Part shown: positions 13,826 to 29,800 of the stretch, piece by piece
Numbering within the stretch: the first letter of the stretch is position 1
Layout: each line of letters starts with the position of its first letter
Assembly: GCF_009914755.1 (NCBI RefSeq)
Contig: NC_060932.1
From: the human T2T-CHM13v2.0 reference genome, Homo sapiens
DNA length: 64,000 nucleotides
Direction: 5' to 3' (one strand)
Translations under genes and position numbers: made by a program
The notes under the pieces: generated by a model
What the model was told of the DNA's origin: nothing
Database searches by the model: none
Seen by the model: only the letters and a program-made list of their open reading frames with translations

Positions 13826-16791
13826 AGGACAGTTTACCAGTGTAACACAATGACAGTGCCTGGCATGTGGTTGGCATTCAAAAAGTATTTGTTGAAGGCA
13901 TGAATTCAAGTGCTGGGGACTGGGTTTCACATAGTAAGAGACTTGGGCTCTGCCTCCAAGGAACCAGCATTCGAGTGGAAGAGACAAATGCACAAAGAGG
14001 CATTTATCATTCTGTGTCCTGTAGCAGAACATGGCCTAAAAATCCAGATCAGGGAAGAGTGACATGTGGGTTGAGTTTTGAAGGGTGAGTTAAGTAAGCC
14101 AGGTGAGGAATGACAGGAAGGGGGTTCTGAAAAAGAGGGAATGGCACATGCAAAGTTTCAAGGAAAGAGAAGGGGCCATGAGCTTGTGAGCGGGGGCGGT
14201 GGTGAGAAGGAGATGACAACAGGTAGCATCCGACGCCTGTTTAGTTTCCCTTTTATATAAGTCAGACTTTCATGAGTGCCTTTAGTATAGTAATTGTTAA
14301 AATGATGAAACAAGAATTGAAAGCAAATGCTGAGATGATGCGCCACTGAGATTTATTTTCTCACAATTGTTTCTGTTCAACAAGCATGGAGCACCTACCA
14401 GGGCCAGGCTCTTGCTAAGTGCTTGGGGATGCAAAGATCAATAACATATACAACCTTTCCTCCTGAGCAGCTAGGGATATGAGGGGGCAGGGAATGGGCT
14501 GACCACAAGTTATGATGATACAAATCACAGTCATAATGTAAGTACCTGGAGAAAGGCACGTGGCCAGAACCCAGAGGGCCAAAAGAGGGCACTGTCGCAA
14601 CCATTCGGACGAAGAACCAGCTATGTATTTGGGCATAAGAAAATCAAAGAGACCAACTTGATCTGTTGTCAATAAAGATACAATTCTTTGCACAATTCCC
14701 TTCCCGCATGCCCTTATGACCTACTGTGAGGGGGGTCCTGCCCTATGAACCTGGAAGCCCAGGTGGAGATGACCTGGGTGGAAGTGGGAGTGGGGATGTG
14801 GCAGGGGTGCTTCAAGGTGGTCTGAACACCACTCCAGCCTGCCGTCCTCCTTCAGCGGTGTCAGGCATGAGGCCTCTCTGAGTCCATGGGTTGGAAGGAT
14901 GTGGGAGAGAAAACAGGGAGAGAAGGGGAGCAGACAGTAAGCATCCTGAGCCTCACCCCGAGATGGCTGGGCCTTCAATTATGATTTAATATTAGTGCTC
15001 CTTGGTGTAGCTTCTCCTGCATCCTTATTCCTAAGGAAATGAAAGTACTTCCCAGGCATTCTCCCCTGGCACCCATCACCAAGTGAGCCGAGTGGAGGAG
15101 CAAGTCATGCTCCATTTTCAAAGGAAGGAGGAGGAAGCCGGGGGACATGGCCAACTTGCTTACACAGTGAATTAAGGAGGGAGGCAGGGCAGCAGACCAC
15201 CAAGGATGGTGGGGAGAGGCCTCTGGTGATGGACTGGAAGCTGAGCCCCAGAGGAGCAGCCTGAGAAGGGTGCATGAGGGCTGCACTCCTGCTCTGCAAG
15301 GCTGCAAGGCATTCGTGAAGAGCCACTGGAATCTGATACTTTCCACTGCATGGTGGACCAGCCCTAGTCTCACCAGACCCCTCTGGGAATATGAGGAACT
15401 GAGAACCCAAAGGACAGCAGATGGCTCTTCCATTTTTCCTGCGCTCTCTGTTGTCCCAGAGAGGCTGCTCCCCAGGCTCTGAGGGCCTCTGTTCTCCAAG
15501 CCATGCTACAATCCAACAACATCAGTCAGCCACCAACACACTCTTTTCTTCACTAAGGGACATTAACGTCACATCCAATTATTATCATCCACACCACTGA
15601 GAAGGAGAAACCCTTTCCAGGTGGCATGAAGAAATAAGGCCACAGCCACCCACAGAGCACTAGCACACCAAGAAGAATCAGATCTGGTCCCCACCCTCAC
15701 CCACAGTGACAAACTAGGTCATAACGTGGAGTCCCGGCCACAGAAAAGCCTAAGGAAGGAAGAGGTCAGTACTCCAAGGGGTGGAGGTGGGAGGCAGTCA
15801 GAAAAGGCTTCATGGAAGATGCACCTTTTCAGCTGAACCTCGGGAGACTGTCTGCCAGACGGACTGCATGGGGAAGGCTTCTTGGGCAAAGAAACAACTT
15901 GAACAAAGATACCCACAGGACATGGGCATCCTGAGGCTCCACAAGGCTCAAGCCTAGGGGGTCAGGGTGGAGCGCAGAGAGGCAGAGCCTGAGTCACAAA
16001 GGACCCTGTAACCAAACTAAAGGTGTGCATTTTTCCCCAAAAGTCAAGATTTGGGGGTCATTGAAGAGTAACATTTGAGCGGGCATTCCCTTTTAACAGC
16101 TATGGGATCCCAGTCAAGATATTTAACCTCTCTGGGCCTCAGTTTCCATATCTGTGAAATGGGAATAGTGAGAATATCTTTTTATAGGGTGCTTAGGGAG
16201 CTTTTAAAAGATATTATGTACATGTAAAGAATTCAGCATAGTGACTAACATATAGTAAATGCTCCACAAGTCACAGCCGTAATAACAAAAATAAATCATT
16301 AACATTGGTACATTTTAGAAAGCTCACTCTAGTTTCTAGGTGGAGAGTAAAGAAGAGAACAAGAATAAGCCCAGAGGGACTGCGTAGGAGGCTATTGCTC
16401 CAGTCCAGGTGTCAAGTGATCATGGTCTCACAGAGGCCCTCCCTGGAGAGGACTGCATCAGGAGACACTGAGAGCAGAGAACCACCTGGAATGTGTGGCT
16501 CTTGGGAAGTGGGAGTGGTGAGGGAGAGGGAGAAATGTGAATTTGCCTGCTAGTCACTGAAATCAGAGTGACAGCTTGGGAGACCAGAAAGGGGAATGAT
16601 ACAGTGGTTATTGACATGACAAGTTGGAGAATGTCAACTGTCCAGGAGGAAGCAGTGAGATGTACATGGCTGGAGAAGTTGGTCGGGAGTAGAACTGAGA
16701 GGCAGCAGCACAGAGCTGGCAGCAAAAGCCATCAGAGAGGACGAGATGGCTCAGGGACGGTGTGTAGCCTTGAAGACAGGAAGAATAGAAC

Positions 16792-17143
16792 TGATATAGT
16801 TTGGCTGTGTCTCCACCCAAATCTCATCTTGAATTGTAGCTCCCACAATTCTCATGTGTTGAGAGAGGGACCCAGTGGGAGGTAATTGAATCATGGGGCT
16901 GGGTCTTTCCTGTGCTATTCTTGTGATAGTGAATAAGTCTCACAAGATCTGATGGTTTTATAAAGAGTTCCCATGTACAAGCTCTCTCTTGCCTGCTGCC
17001 ATGTAAGAGGTGCCTTTTGCTTTCCACCATGATTGTGAGGCCTCCCCAGCCATGTGGAACTGAGTCCACTGAACCTCTTTTTCTTTATAAATTACCCAGG
17101 CTCGGGTGTGTCTTTGTCAGCTGTGTGAGAACAGACTAATACA
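16792..17143 (+). mobile_element. THE1 (MaLR) solo LTR
   Basis: TGATATAGTTTGGCTGTGTC...GACTAATACA with perfect 5-bp TSD AGAAC. Confidence 0.92.
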
Positions 17144-18224
17144 AGAACCTTGTCAAAATATTTGAGAGGGTAGGCTGAGGCCTTCTCTCACTCCACAACC
17201 AGAGTAGGAAATAAAGAGAACCCTGAAGTTGTTGACTGTATCCGCCATTAAGAATGCTAGGTTTTCTGTAAATTAAACTTTATTTTCCATACTCTAAAAG
17301 TGGTTGAAGATAAAAGTGAATAATAGACTCTTAATGTGGACAGTTTTCTAAATAGAGATCTTCATATCTTGATTAACAGGACTCATTTGAAATATTTGAA
17401 ATTTGAAACAGAGCATTGTGCCATCCCATGATTTTAATCCCATGCCCTCTATGAACAGGTCAAGGTCATCAGAAAAGTGTGTCCCCACTCTCTAAGCCAG
17501 AGCCCAACTGTCTTTCCAGACCTGACACAGATACCACCTCTTCCACGGGCTCTTCTTCACCTGCCTAAGGCAGCTTTGGTGTATGGAAGTCCTTCTAAAT
17601 GATGTTCCATGGCAAAAGCAATGAGACAGGATTTTTGGTAAAATAAATGTCACAATTCTGCCTGCACGTTAGAATTAACTATGGAGTTTTTATTGTTGTT
17701 TTCTTTAAAGTCCCTGTCTGGGATCCTCTCTAGAGCTATCAGAATCCCTGGGGGGACTGGCTGTGAGGCTGATTAAGGAACCAGCTTTCCTCACCTGACT
17801 AACCTGGTCATGGGTCACTGGTCACTTGGGGGAAGACAGCACCAGAGACGTGTGTGGAGAAGTGCAGCCCCCAGCTGCACACCAGAGCCCCCAGGCCCAT
17901 GGAGAAGACACTTCTCTGGCAGGACCTCAAGCACAGCAGCCCGCTCCAGCTCAGGAGTGAGCTGAGCCAGGCTGGAGGGAGCCAGCCACTGTGAACGTTA
18001 GTGCTGTCTTATCTAGACAACCGCTGTCTGCAATTGCGTGGAAAGGCCGTGAGCTGAAGTCTTGGCTCCATGTTATCCCAGGTCATCCCTCCACTGTGAA
18101 AACTTCCCAGGAATCATCCTCCCAGTTAATTTTCTGTTCAGGGATCTTGGTTGGATGAGACTCTGGCACAGTCACCTTGTCACTTTTCTTCTGCCTTGCA
18201 TGACAGTTTTCATGTCCATCACCA

Positions 18225-18420
18225 TTGATATTTTGGATTAGATCATTTGGGGGTGGGGGGCAATGGGTGGGGGTGCTGTCCTGTGTGTTGTAGGAGACTT
18301 AGTAGCATCTCTGACCTCTACCTAATAGATGCCAGTAATACTCCCCTCTTCCCATCTAGTTGTGACAACCCAAAATGTCTCCACACATTGCCAAATGTCC
18401 CCTGGTTGAGGACCTCTGCT
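18225..18420. mobile_element. MER20 (hAT)
   Basis: GTTGTGACAACCCAAAATGTCTCCACACATTGCCAAATGTCCCCTGG. Confidence 0.8.
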
Positions 18421-20446
18421 CTATAGGAAGAACTAATTGAGGGCAGAGTTCAAGTTTAGTTCAGCTCTTTGTTCTCTTCTAGTGCTACGCAGAGTGCCTG
18501 GTGCATTGTGGGTGTCCACCCACTGACTGTGAGAGATGAACTTTCTGTGTGATGGCTCGTGCACTTCTAAACGTTGGGGAAAGAGAGCTTTGTGAGATGG
18601 TAACCTATGATTGTCCCCTCCCACTCAAGGACATAGGTAGCAGGCTCTGTGCTGCTTCTCTGCCTCTGGGGAGGTTTGTGACCTGACTTTTATTTCCAAA
18701 AATCCACTGAGATCAACAGGATTTAAGAACAAAATGATTTTTCTCTGGGTTAAGAAGAGATTTCCAGAGACTGGAGTAAGAATTAAGAGAGAGGTTGGTG
18801 AGTCCCAGGAGTGTTCTGAGGCTGTGGCTGGAAATGATGCATCAGGAGGTTTGGTTCTGGGCTGAGGTCTCCAGGTTTAGCCAAGACCTGGAGTCCCAAG
18901 TGTAGCAAGAAGCTGCAGGGACCTCCTGGGATGAGCTAATGGACATCTGAGTGGATGGGGGGACTGCTAACAGGTCGGACTCTCTGGAAACCTGGGTATT
19001 ATGTAAGATCTCAGATCCCTGACACAAACTCTGGAGGACCCAGGGAAGAGAAATTCCAAGAATGACGGAGGCAGTATGAAGGCTTGGAGTTGAAATCAAG
19101 TTGATTTATAGAAAATAGAGATGCCAGTATTTCTGGCACACCTGACTTTTGGCTTGGGATTTGTACAAAGTACAAAGTGCCAAATTAATAATAGCTAATA
19201 ATTATTCAGTGTGTATTGTGTAGTAGACACCTTTTTCAGCTTTTAGTGAATTATCTCTTTTAATCTTTGCAAGATTCCTTAGTAGTTTCCTTGTAATCCC
19301 CAAACTAGAAATAAAGAACTGGAAACATATTCTAGTTAGATGACTTGCTCAAGGTCTCACAGCATCTCAGTGGTGGAGGTGGAATGATAAAAATAGCAAA
19401 CACGTATTCTGCATCAAGCACATTTTACAGACTTTGCCTCTATTTATTTAGTCTTCACAACAACCGAATGAGGTAGGTATTATTGCCACTCCCATTATAT
19501 GGATAAACAAATGGAGAAACGGAGATCAATAATTTGCCCAAGTCTCCCAGCTCGTAGTTGGCAGACCTGGAATTTGAACTTGGGAAGATTGACTGCAAAG
19601 TCTGTGCAATCTAACCATGAAGCCATGCTTTGGAGACTCCAGGACCCACACTCTTAACCATGCTCTGCCAGATGGACCCCTGGATACTTGCAAATGACTA
19701 AGTGGTAAAACAAGATTTTAGTAGGAACAAAAGGACGGTTAGAACCAGAAGGGCTTGCTTATATCTGGAAAATGAGAATTAGGCAAAGCTCTGAGTTGAT
19801 GTCCCAGATCTGCATTTAAAACTAACACTGAGCTCAAGACCAACCCACCTGCCTATAAAGGTATTAGCTCACTTTATCCTAAAATAGAAACACCAGTGCT
19901 GATCCAAGCTCTGATAACTGAAGATAGCAACTCCTTGTAGTATGTCTGAGGCATTCACCAACTGGAGCATGTTAAGAAGAGGAGAATGGGAAGGAAGAGA
20001 AAAATTGTGTCATAAGAGAAACAATGGAAATAATTGAGAATGTGAACTTAGAGAAGAAAAGTCTGAGGTGCCTTCAACAACCCTCCAGCTCTGAAGATCA
20101 AACCATCCTTGGGTTAGCTGGTGCTTCTTGTCCTTGACAGTCTGTTTTCAGCTTTTGGTGAAAAAGCTACTTTGGGTTCACTTTTTGTCAGTTCATGCCC
20201 TGTGGTAGGTTCCCCATATACAATGAGTGGCTTTGTTTAGACCTTGATTTAAACTATTGGCAAAAACAGGTTTTGGGGGCTTTTGGATTTTTTTTTTTTT
20301 AGATAGAAAATTCTAAAATTAGACTGGATATTGGATGATAATAAAAACTTAATGCTATTTTTATCGTTGAGATACTGACCTTGCAGTTATATAAGAAAAT
20401 ACCCCTTCTTACCCCTCACCACTTACTTTTTTTAGAAGATGTATTT

Positions 20447-22440
<1,994 letters not shown>

Positions 22441-23269
22441 GTATTTAAGATAGAAATGATCTAATACATAGAATTTGCCTTAAAATACTTCAGAGAAACA
22501 AAAGTTGGGATAGATGAAACAAGTATGGCAACATGTTGATGGTTGTTGAAACGGCAATGATTACATAGTTCTTTGCATTCTTTACTTTTATGTTTGAAAA
22601 TCTTTATAATAAAAAGTAACACATTTATATGTAAAAATAAATTTATATTTATATGTAAAAATTTATATGTAAAATTGACCCATAGATATTTTCATAGGAA
22701 ATACAGAGGTCACATGCCTAAAAATGACTAAAAAATTTAACAACTCATTTAATGGAATTCAGTAGCTAATACAAAGTGCAAGGGCAGGGTCTAGGTCTAG
22801 GTCACTCCACTCCATTTCTACACTTGCTTAATCTTTACCTGAAGCATCTTTAGGAACACATCCCAGGCAAGTCAAGGAACATTCTCTAAAGGAACTTTCT
22901 GTGGTCTCAAGCAAATTGCCTCACCTCAGCCATTTCTTTAATCAAGAACATCCTCATTTGTGGATACATGAAAGACTTCTCGGCACATTTATCCCCAGAA
23001 ACAAGAGCTTCATCACAGGTCAGATTTAGGGTAGCCCCCAATCACATGGGAGAAATCAGCCATAGGATTTGAAACCTTGAAAATCTGACATTGAGTCATA
23101 GAAATGACCTGGTGTATAAGTGTTTCTTCTCCATTGAAGACTTGACTCTTAGTGCCTACCACCCAGCTTTGCATATAGTAGCCGTTCGGATACTTCAATT
23201 AATACAGATAGATAGAAACCCTAGCTCTTAGGCATACACACTAGTGTTTATAGTGTGCAAGCCTTTTCA

Positions 23270-23970
23270 TAAGAAAGGGGGTAATATAATAGACATATAA
23301 ACATGTAAATGCATATTGGCTTATATTTTTGAAAAGAAACAATGGAAGGATAAATCCCAAAACTAAAGGAAATGATTATTATAGAGGATTGGAGGGAACA
23401 GGATGGAGAGATGGAATGTCAACTTTTTTGGACAATGTCAGCTATTCAATATGTTTTACATGGCTGAAAAACAAAATTAAACTCAAATCAAATTACCTGG
23501 GGACATATTTTGACTTTGGAACAACGTACATGTTTTACATTTTTAAAAAGAAACAGTCTCTAAAACCTGAAAACCATGGAAACAAATGAACCTAACTAGA
23601 CATTAAGTTGATGATATAATCATGCAGGGAAAAGAATCATTTCAAAACACGTTAAGACTCAGTATTTTGACTGTATAGTCATAAAGCAGTGGTCTTTTAT
23701 AATAATAATATTTCAGATAGTAATATTTGATATTTCAAATAATAATATTTGAATAATGTAAAATATATTTATCTGTTGTAAGAATTACAGTATTTATATA
23801 TCGTAAGATATATAGTAAGATCAGTGATCTTATTTATCGTATATAAATTTATTGTATATATATTGTAAGATCAGTGATTATGTTAATGAATGCCATTGGG
23901 ATTCTAGACTTTAAGCATAGGAGAGATACAGTATAGAATCAGAGAAATTGTTAAAATTCTGTAATATTAA
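23270..23970 (+). mobile_element. Old L1M 3' region
   Basis: AT-rich L1MC/MD-like 3'UTR (GAAACAAATGAACCTAACT...). Confidence 0.55.
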
Positions 23971-23974
23971 AAGT

Positions 23975-24325
23975 TCTGGGTCTGGTGCCTTGTGATCCTT
24001 GGCTTCTCTCTCTCTCCATGGGCCATTTCCTCCTGCAAGACCTCTCCGGTGGGTTCACGGGCTGCTCACAGCATAGTGGTCTCAGGATATAGACAAACTT
24101 CCTTCATTGTAGCCGGCTTCCAAGAGGCAGAAAGCAAAGCCACCGGGCCCATGAAAGGCTCTGCCTGGGAGTAGCACAGCATCACTTCCAGGGCCTGCCC
24201 AGCTTCAGGAGGTGGTGAAACAGACACCACCTCGTGATGGAAGAGTGGCAAGGTCACAGTTCAGGAAGCTATGCAGGAGGGGACATACTGTTGTGGCCGA
24301 CACTGGAAAATACAATCAACCACAG
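23975..24325 (-). mobile_element. MLT1-family LTR fragment
   Basis: GGCTTCCAAGAGGCAGAAAGCAAAGC, GATGGAAGAGTGGCAAGGTCACA. Confidence 0.55.
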
Positions 24326-27300
24326 TGAAGTGGTGGATAACGGAGCAGGTCCCAGCCTCCCCACCAATGGCTCAAACAGGGCTTCTGACTCCAGAAACAA
24401 CAAGGAATGGCAAATTCCCAACCCACTGGCCACCTGACATTAGCTTATCAACCCTTCTAGATCATCAAGAGGCTTTCAGAACTCTCTTGAGTTTCTCCTG
24501 ATTTACAGACACACTTTCATTTCCCCCGAGGGTGGTATGAGTGAGTGGGCAGCATCAGGTAGCTGAGAGGGAAATTTCCAGCAATGTCTGCACTAGGAAA
24601 GACTGAGCTTGAGGCCCTTGTGCTCCAGGAAGTGCTGCCTGCAGCTGCTGCTAAGGGAGAAGCATCAGGGGCAGGAAACCATCCCTCAGGGCCACTCCAC
24701 TTGCTACTCCATCACCCTGCAGCCAGAGTGGGACAATGAGACGGAAGCATCAGGAAGCCGTTGCTCCAGGAACTCAGGGAAGGTGGGGGCACAGGAAGGA
24801 CGCTGGGATGGAGGGGCACAATTTCAAAGGAACAAATGTTGCCTGAATGCTTCGTCATCCTGGCAGCTTCTCAAACATGTGGGGACAAGCAGCCTTGTGG
24901 GCACAGCGCCCATGCTCAGAAAGTTCTAGGGATGGATTCGTGGGTGAAGGAGAGCGAGTTGGGACTTTGAGGCAGGATCGTGGTGGGGGAATGGAAGGCC
25001 TGTGGACAAGGAGGAGGGGGCTGCAGGCCAGGACACACCTACGAGTAGAAGAGTCCTGCTGTTAGGTTAGATTTCCCTAGTTGCTCTGTGGGCCCACACA
25101 CTCACAAAGGTGGTGAAGGTAAAGAAGACAGGCTGAGACTCCATTCCGCGCTGACCAACTTGGCCAGTGAGGCTGGTGTAGGAGGTGACTGGCCTCTGCC
25201 CTCACCTACCTCCCACCAGCGGTGACGGACTTCACTTCCACCCTCCTCGCTTCCAGCCAAGCCCGGCTTCTCCATTTCAGCTCTGTCTCACTCCACACTC
25301 AGAGGCCAGTGGAGGGGCCAGATCAGGCTAAGGATGCCGGTGGGAGGTTCTTTTGGAGAGAAGGCAAAGAGAAAGAGGAGTGGGAGGAGAAAGACGTTTC
25401 GTTCTGAGCTTTATCTAGCAGGGGCAGGACCAGAGGCAGGGGTGCACCAGGCTCAGACTACACTTAGCCGAGTTCTGCAGAAGAAATGCTGCTTTGTCTC
25501 CATGTGGCCTCTACCCTGGCCTGCTCTGGGCCTCTGAACTAACATAAGCACACTTGCAGAGAGATGGCCCAGGTTTTAGCAAACCTTATTAACTACTACT
25601 GCGTAGTTCCACCCATCTTTACTAAGCCTTCCAGACCCCGCGAGCACTGTGGCCCCTGCTGGTGGCCAGATGTCTCGGATGCCTTTCATTTTTGCTTGCC
25701 AAGCCTACCTTCCCCTTTTGTCTGACAGCACCTCCCTCCATTTCTTGTGGGAGGAAAAAGAGGGCCACCTCTCATGTACTTTATGTGGTCCCAGTCAGAT
25801 CCCCTATCGTGACGCTCCATGCTGTGATGGGCAGATGTCCCAGGCTAGCCAAAGAACTCCATCCCCTGGGCCTAATGACTGATTCAGGTGGGTATCGGAT
25901 GTCAACTGGGCCAATTGGGAACTTTTCTAATCCTTTATATATGGATGCTAGAGGAGATTATGCGTGTCTTCCTGGAAAATCAGATGTGGTAATGACTTCT
26001 ATAGGCCTAGGTATACTGATGAAGCCTGCCTGAGACCCAGAGGGCAGCACAGCCAAGAGATGCAGAGACAGAGAGAGAGAACTCATGACACCATTTGAGT
26101 CCTCAAGGAAGCTCCAAAGAATTAGCAAAAGCTCAGACTTTGTCCTCAAGCCTTCCTCAAGCACCGCTATCCAGAGCTCTCTGTCAAGTAACAGACAGCA
26201 GCAAAGATCAAATCAAGGATGTTGCCTCTCACTCAAGCCTGTTTCTTCGGATAGACTCAGGACAATTGCATTTAAATTGAGACACTGGGGCTAAGCAGAG
26301 CGTGGACATCAGTAAATAAAGTTTTTAGGCTAAAAGCATGCCAAACCAGATTTTGTCTTTAGTTATTTGTGCATGAACTGGACCGGAAGCAAATATTCTT
26401 AAAGCCTACGTGGGTTTCTTAGGGAATTTTACTGCCCAGGAAACTCTAAGTCTGACTTGTCAAAGCCCTGGAGCCAGGAGGCTGCCGGGGGCCCCAACCA
26501 TGCCCCTGAGGGAAGGAACTGTAAAAGCTCTGCAGCCCCTCCCCACCCCTCCCAGGGCCATCGCCTAAATGTCTGCTTCAGATGGACAGGGGAGAATCTT
26601 CTGGACCATGTCAGCCAAGGGAGGCTCTCCTGGAAAGTACAACCAGGGTTGCCAGATGGACTGACCCAGAGATTCGCCTGCTAACATAGAAAAAAGACTT
26701 TTTAGCTCCTGCTCAGCAAGATTTGAGCATTGATATGGACCTGAGTAACTTATACGTGTTTTCTTATCTTTTTTCAGAATGGGAAATGTTATTGCAATTT
26801 TCCTATACAGAACCACTGTTAAGTATGGGGTAAGGGAGAGCTTGGGGGTAACAGAGTGATCCAGCTTCTCCAGGAGCTCCTCCTGGTCCCAAGTGCTTTT
26901 CCTGCAGGTGCTCCTGATCTTTGCATGGAATCAAGGCATTTGGGCCTCGTCTCCCTCAGAGAGAGGGTAGATATGTCTGTGAGGAGGACCCACAAATATC
27001 TGGTGGCCAAAAGCATGGACAGTGGCAGACACTGTTAGATGTCACACAGTGCTAGTTCCTCCCTCCTTTTAGACTAAAAAGACACCCCATTTTTGGTCTG
27101 GGCATGGGCAGCGTTATTTCCAGCCTCCCTTGCTGCTGGGTGTGGCCAAGTTCCCAGATAAAAATGAGCAGAAGAGAGAGAGGAAACTTCTGGGTCACGC
27201 TTGTCAAAGAAAAAGGCATTTCTTCCGTTCCACTTCCTCTTCCCACCCTGCTGCTGGAATTCTGATGTGCTCGTGTCCATCTTCAACCACACAGGCAAGG

Positions 27301-29379
27301 ACAGTCTCAGGAATGGCCAGTTCTGTGTCAAAACTCCTGAACCTATAAACTCAGCTGTTCTGAAGTCCTATTTTTTTTTTTTCCTTTGGGGGCTTTTGTA
27401 AATTCAGCGACTCTGTCTGGGAAAGTATAGCAATTATATCCTATAAAAATTACTGTGATACTGGAAAGGTATAACACTAATAACCTTGGGAAGCTATAAC
27501 ATTAAACAGTAACAATTAGAATGAAGAGAATAAAGACACAAATTTAAATTCATAGTGTACTGTATTAGCACTTTTATGACTGGTTTTAGTAGTGCAAGTG
27601 GCTACAGCTTTTCAGGTGGATTATAGCACTGGTGAGAAGAGACCTTTCTTGATCTTATTCTTGTGTTCTCACTCTTGTTCTCCTTTTCACTGTAAAATTC
27701 CTGAGAGAATTAGCCAAGGATGCAGAATATGATCAGAAATCTGGGGCCATAAGAAGCTGGAGCAGCAAAACACATTCACAGTGCAGCCAGCCCTTGGCTC
27801 CCAGAATTCCCAAAACAAGTGTGCTCCCTTCAGAAATACAGTCCTTGGAGTAGGAGGCTAACAGAGCTAAGGTACTCATTTCCACTATACTATAACCTGG
27901 TTTTGCTATGGAATTGTATCATCATTTCAGAAAGAATTTATGCCGACAACTCATGCGCTTAATTGAAAATATGCTCATAGACCTCCTCGTACTTTTTGAG
28001 TCACAAAACATCAGCAGGCTCTCTCATACAGAAGGAGGAGAAAACAGAGTGTGTATCCTTCACATGTGTGAGCAGTATCTTCTCTCTGGCTCTTCAGGGT
28101 CTCAGCAAGCCATTTCCCCATAGTATAATAATTTCGGTAATCAAAGTGACATTCTGTGCATGTATTGTCACTTCTTAAGGTGTTTAGAGCATGCCAACAA
28201 ATCTGATTTATTAGATTCATAGTTTTAATTATTTGTTTATCTAAGAGCTTGATTACAAATTTGTAATGAATGCTTAAATGTCTGGGGAGATTTAATGCGA
28301 AGTTTTGTGCTTTTGCTGATTATGTGTAAATAGTGAATAAATATTTGGAATTGTTAAATGCTAAATATTAGAAGAAGTGTTGTTTATAGATTAATGAGTT
28401 AGCACATTCATAAAAGACAGGTAACAGTGACTTTTTCTCTCTGCATTAATAACCACTCAGACATTAATGGGTGTCAGTGTCCTTATCCATGCGGAGAAGG
28501 AGTTGAATTCAATCATTGCTAAGTTTTCATACATCTCTAAAATGCTGGATCATAATGAAAATTCAGAAACTCTTTCGCTCATGTTCACACCAGATTTTTA
28601 CCATCCTACAACAACTTAGACCTTCAGCATGCCTTTCATTCTTTTATAATATCACAGCTGCCTCTGTGTAAATAGACTGTCAGCATTACATCAAGGCACA
28701 TGTCTGATTGATAGGTCTACCAGGCACCCTTACGTACAATCAAAACTCAGCCTGTCTTGAAGATAATTACCAGCTTCAGCACATCTCAGCTGCTGTCAAT
28801 AAACTTTCTTGTGTGTGCCAGCTTCCTATAGCAATGGAAGCAAACCAGAACTGCCCACTTCTTATGACATTTTCCATCAATTTTTTACAAAGCCTGAGCA
28901 TTTGAATAGTGCTTCACTGTTTACAGAGCAATTTCCCTTTCTCACAACCATCCTCATTTTACAGGTGAAGGATCTAAAACCTGAAAAGAGGCCAAATGAT
29001 TCCTCAAAACCACGCAAGTACGAAGTAGCAGAGCGGATCTCAAATCCAGGTGTGTCTGACTTCCAGCCTAATGGCTTTTCTTAAAAACACCCCCAAACTC
29101 TTGGTAACATCTATGCAATGAAAAGGGTTGTCATGAAAACTGCTTCCCAGTTTGTTAAATTCTTATGCAGGTCTCCAGTGTCAGAAACGCTGAGTATCAC
29201 TAATCTCAAGACCTTCTCTCTGCTATACGAGCTCTGGCAGAGCTTGTCTCCAAGGGCTAGACAGGAAAAAAAAAATCTGGGTTCAATTAAAATATATCAA
29301 TAAAGAGAACTAAAAGGAGCTCCAAAACGTTGCTGCCCTTCTGCGGGCTGTCTGTGTGTAATGCCGGCTCCTTCACTCT

Positions 29380-29675
29380 TTTATGGCACCATGATTGTGT
29401 TTTACCCTCCCGACTGTTAACTGCCAACTGTTAACTGTTAACTGCCCAAGGTTGCCCTGCTGATGTCATGCCTGACCATATGACTTGCTCCAGCCAATGA
29501 AATGTAAGCAGAAGTGACATATGCAGCATGACCCGTGGAAGCTTCGAAGAGCTATTGCCAATTTCCACCCTCTCTCTGGAAACTGTCATTAGGGTTAGGG
29601 AAACTGTCATGAGATCTGCATATTTTAGATAGAGGCTGCTTGCCTTATTTGGGCACCTAATGAAAAAGACATGGA
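29380..29675 (+). mobile_element. MLT1 (H/I-like) LTR, 5' portion
   Basis: CCATATGACTTGCTCCAGCCAATGAAATGTAAGCAGAAGTGACAT. Confidence 0.65.
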
Positions 29676-29800
29676 GGCCAGGTGCGGTGGCTCATGTCTG
29701 TAATCCCAGCACTTTGGGAGGCCAAGGCGAGTGGATCACCTGAGGTCAGGAGTTCGAGACCAGCCTGACCAACATGGCAAAACCCCGTCTGTACTAAAAG
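29676..29800 (+). mobile_element. AluS left arm only
   Basis: GGCCAGGTGCGGTGGCTCA... stops at the A-rich linker; no right arm or tail. Confidence 0.9.
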
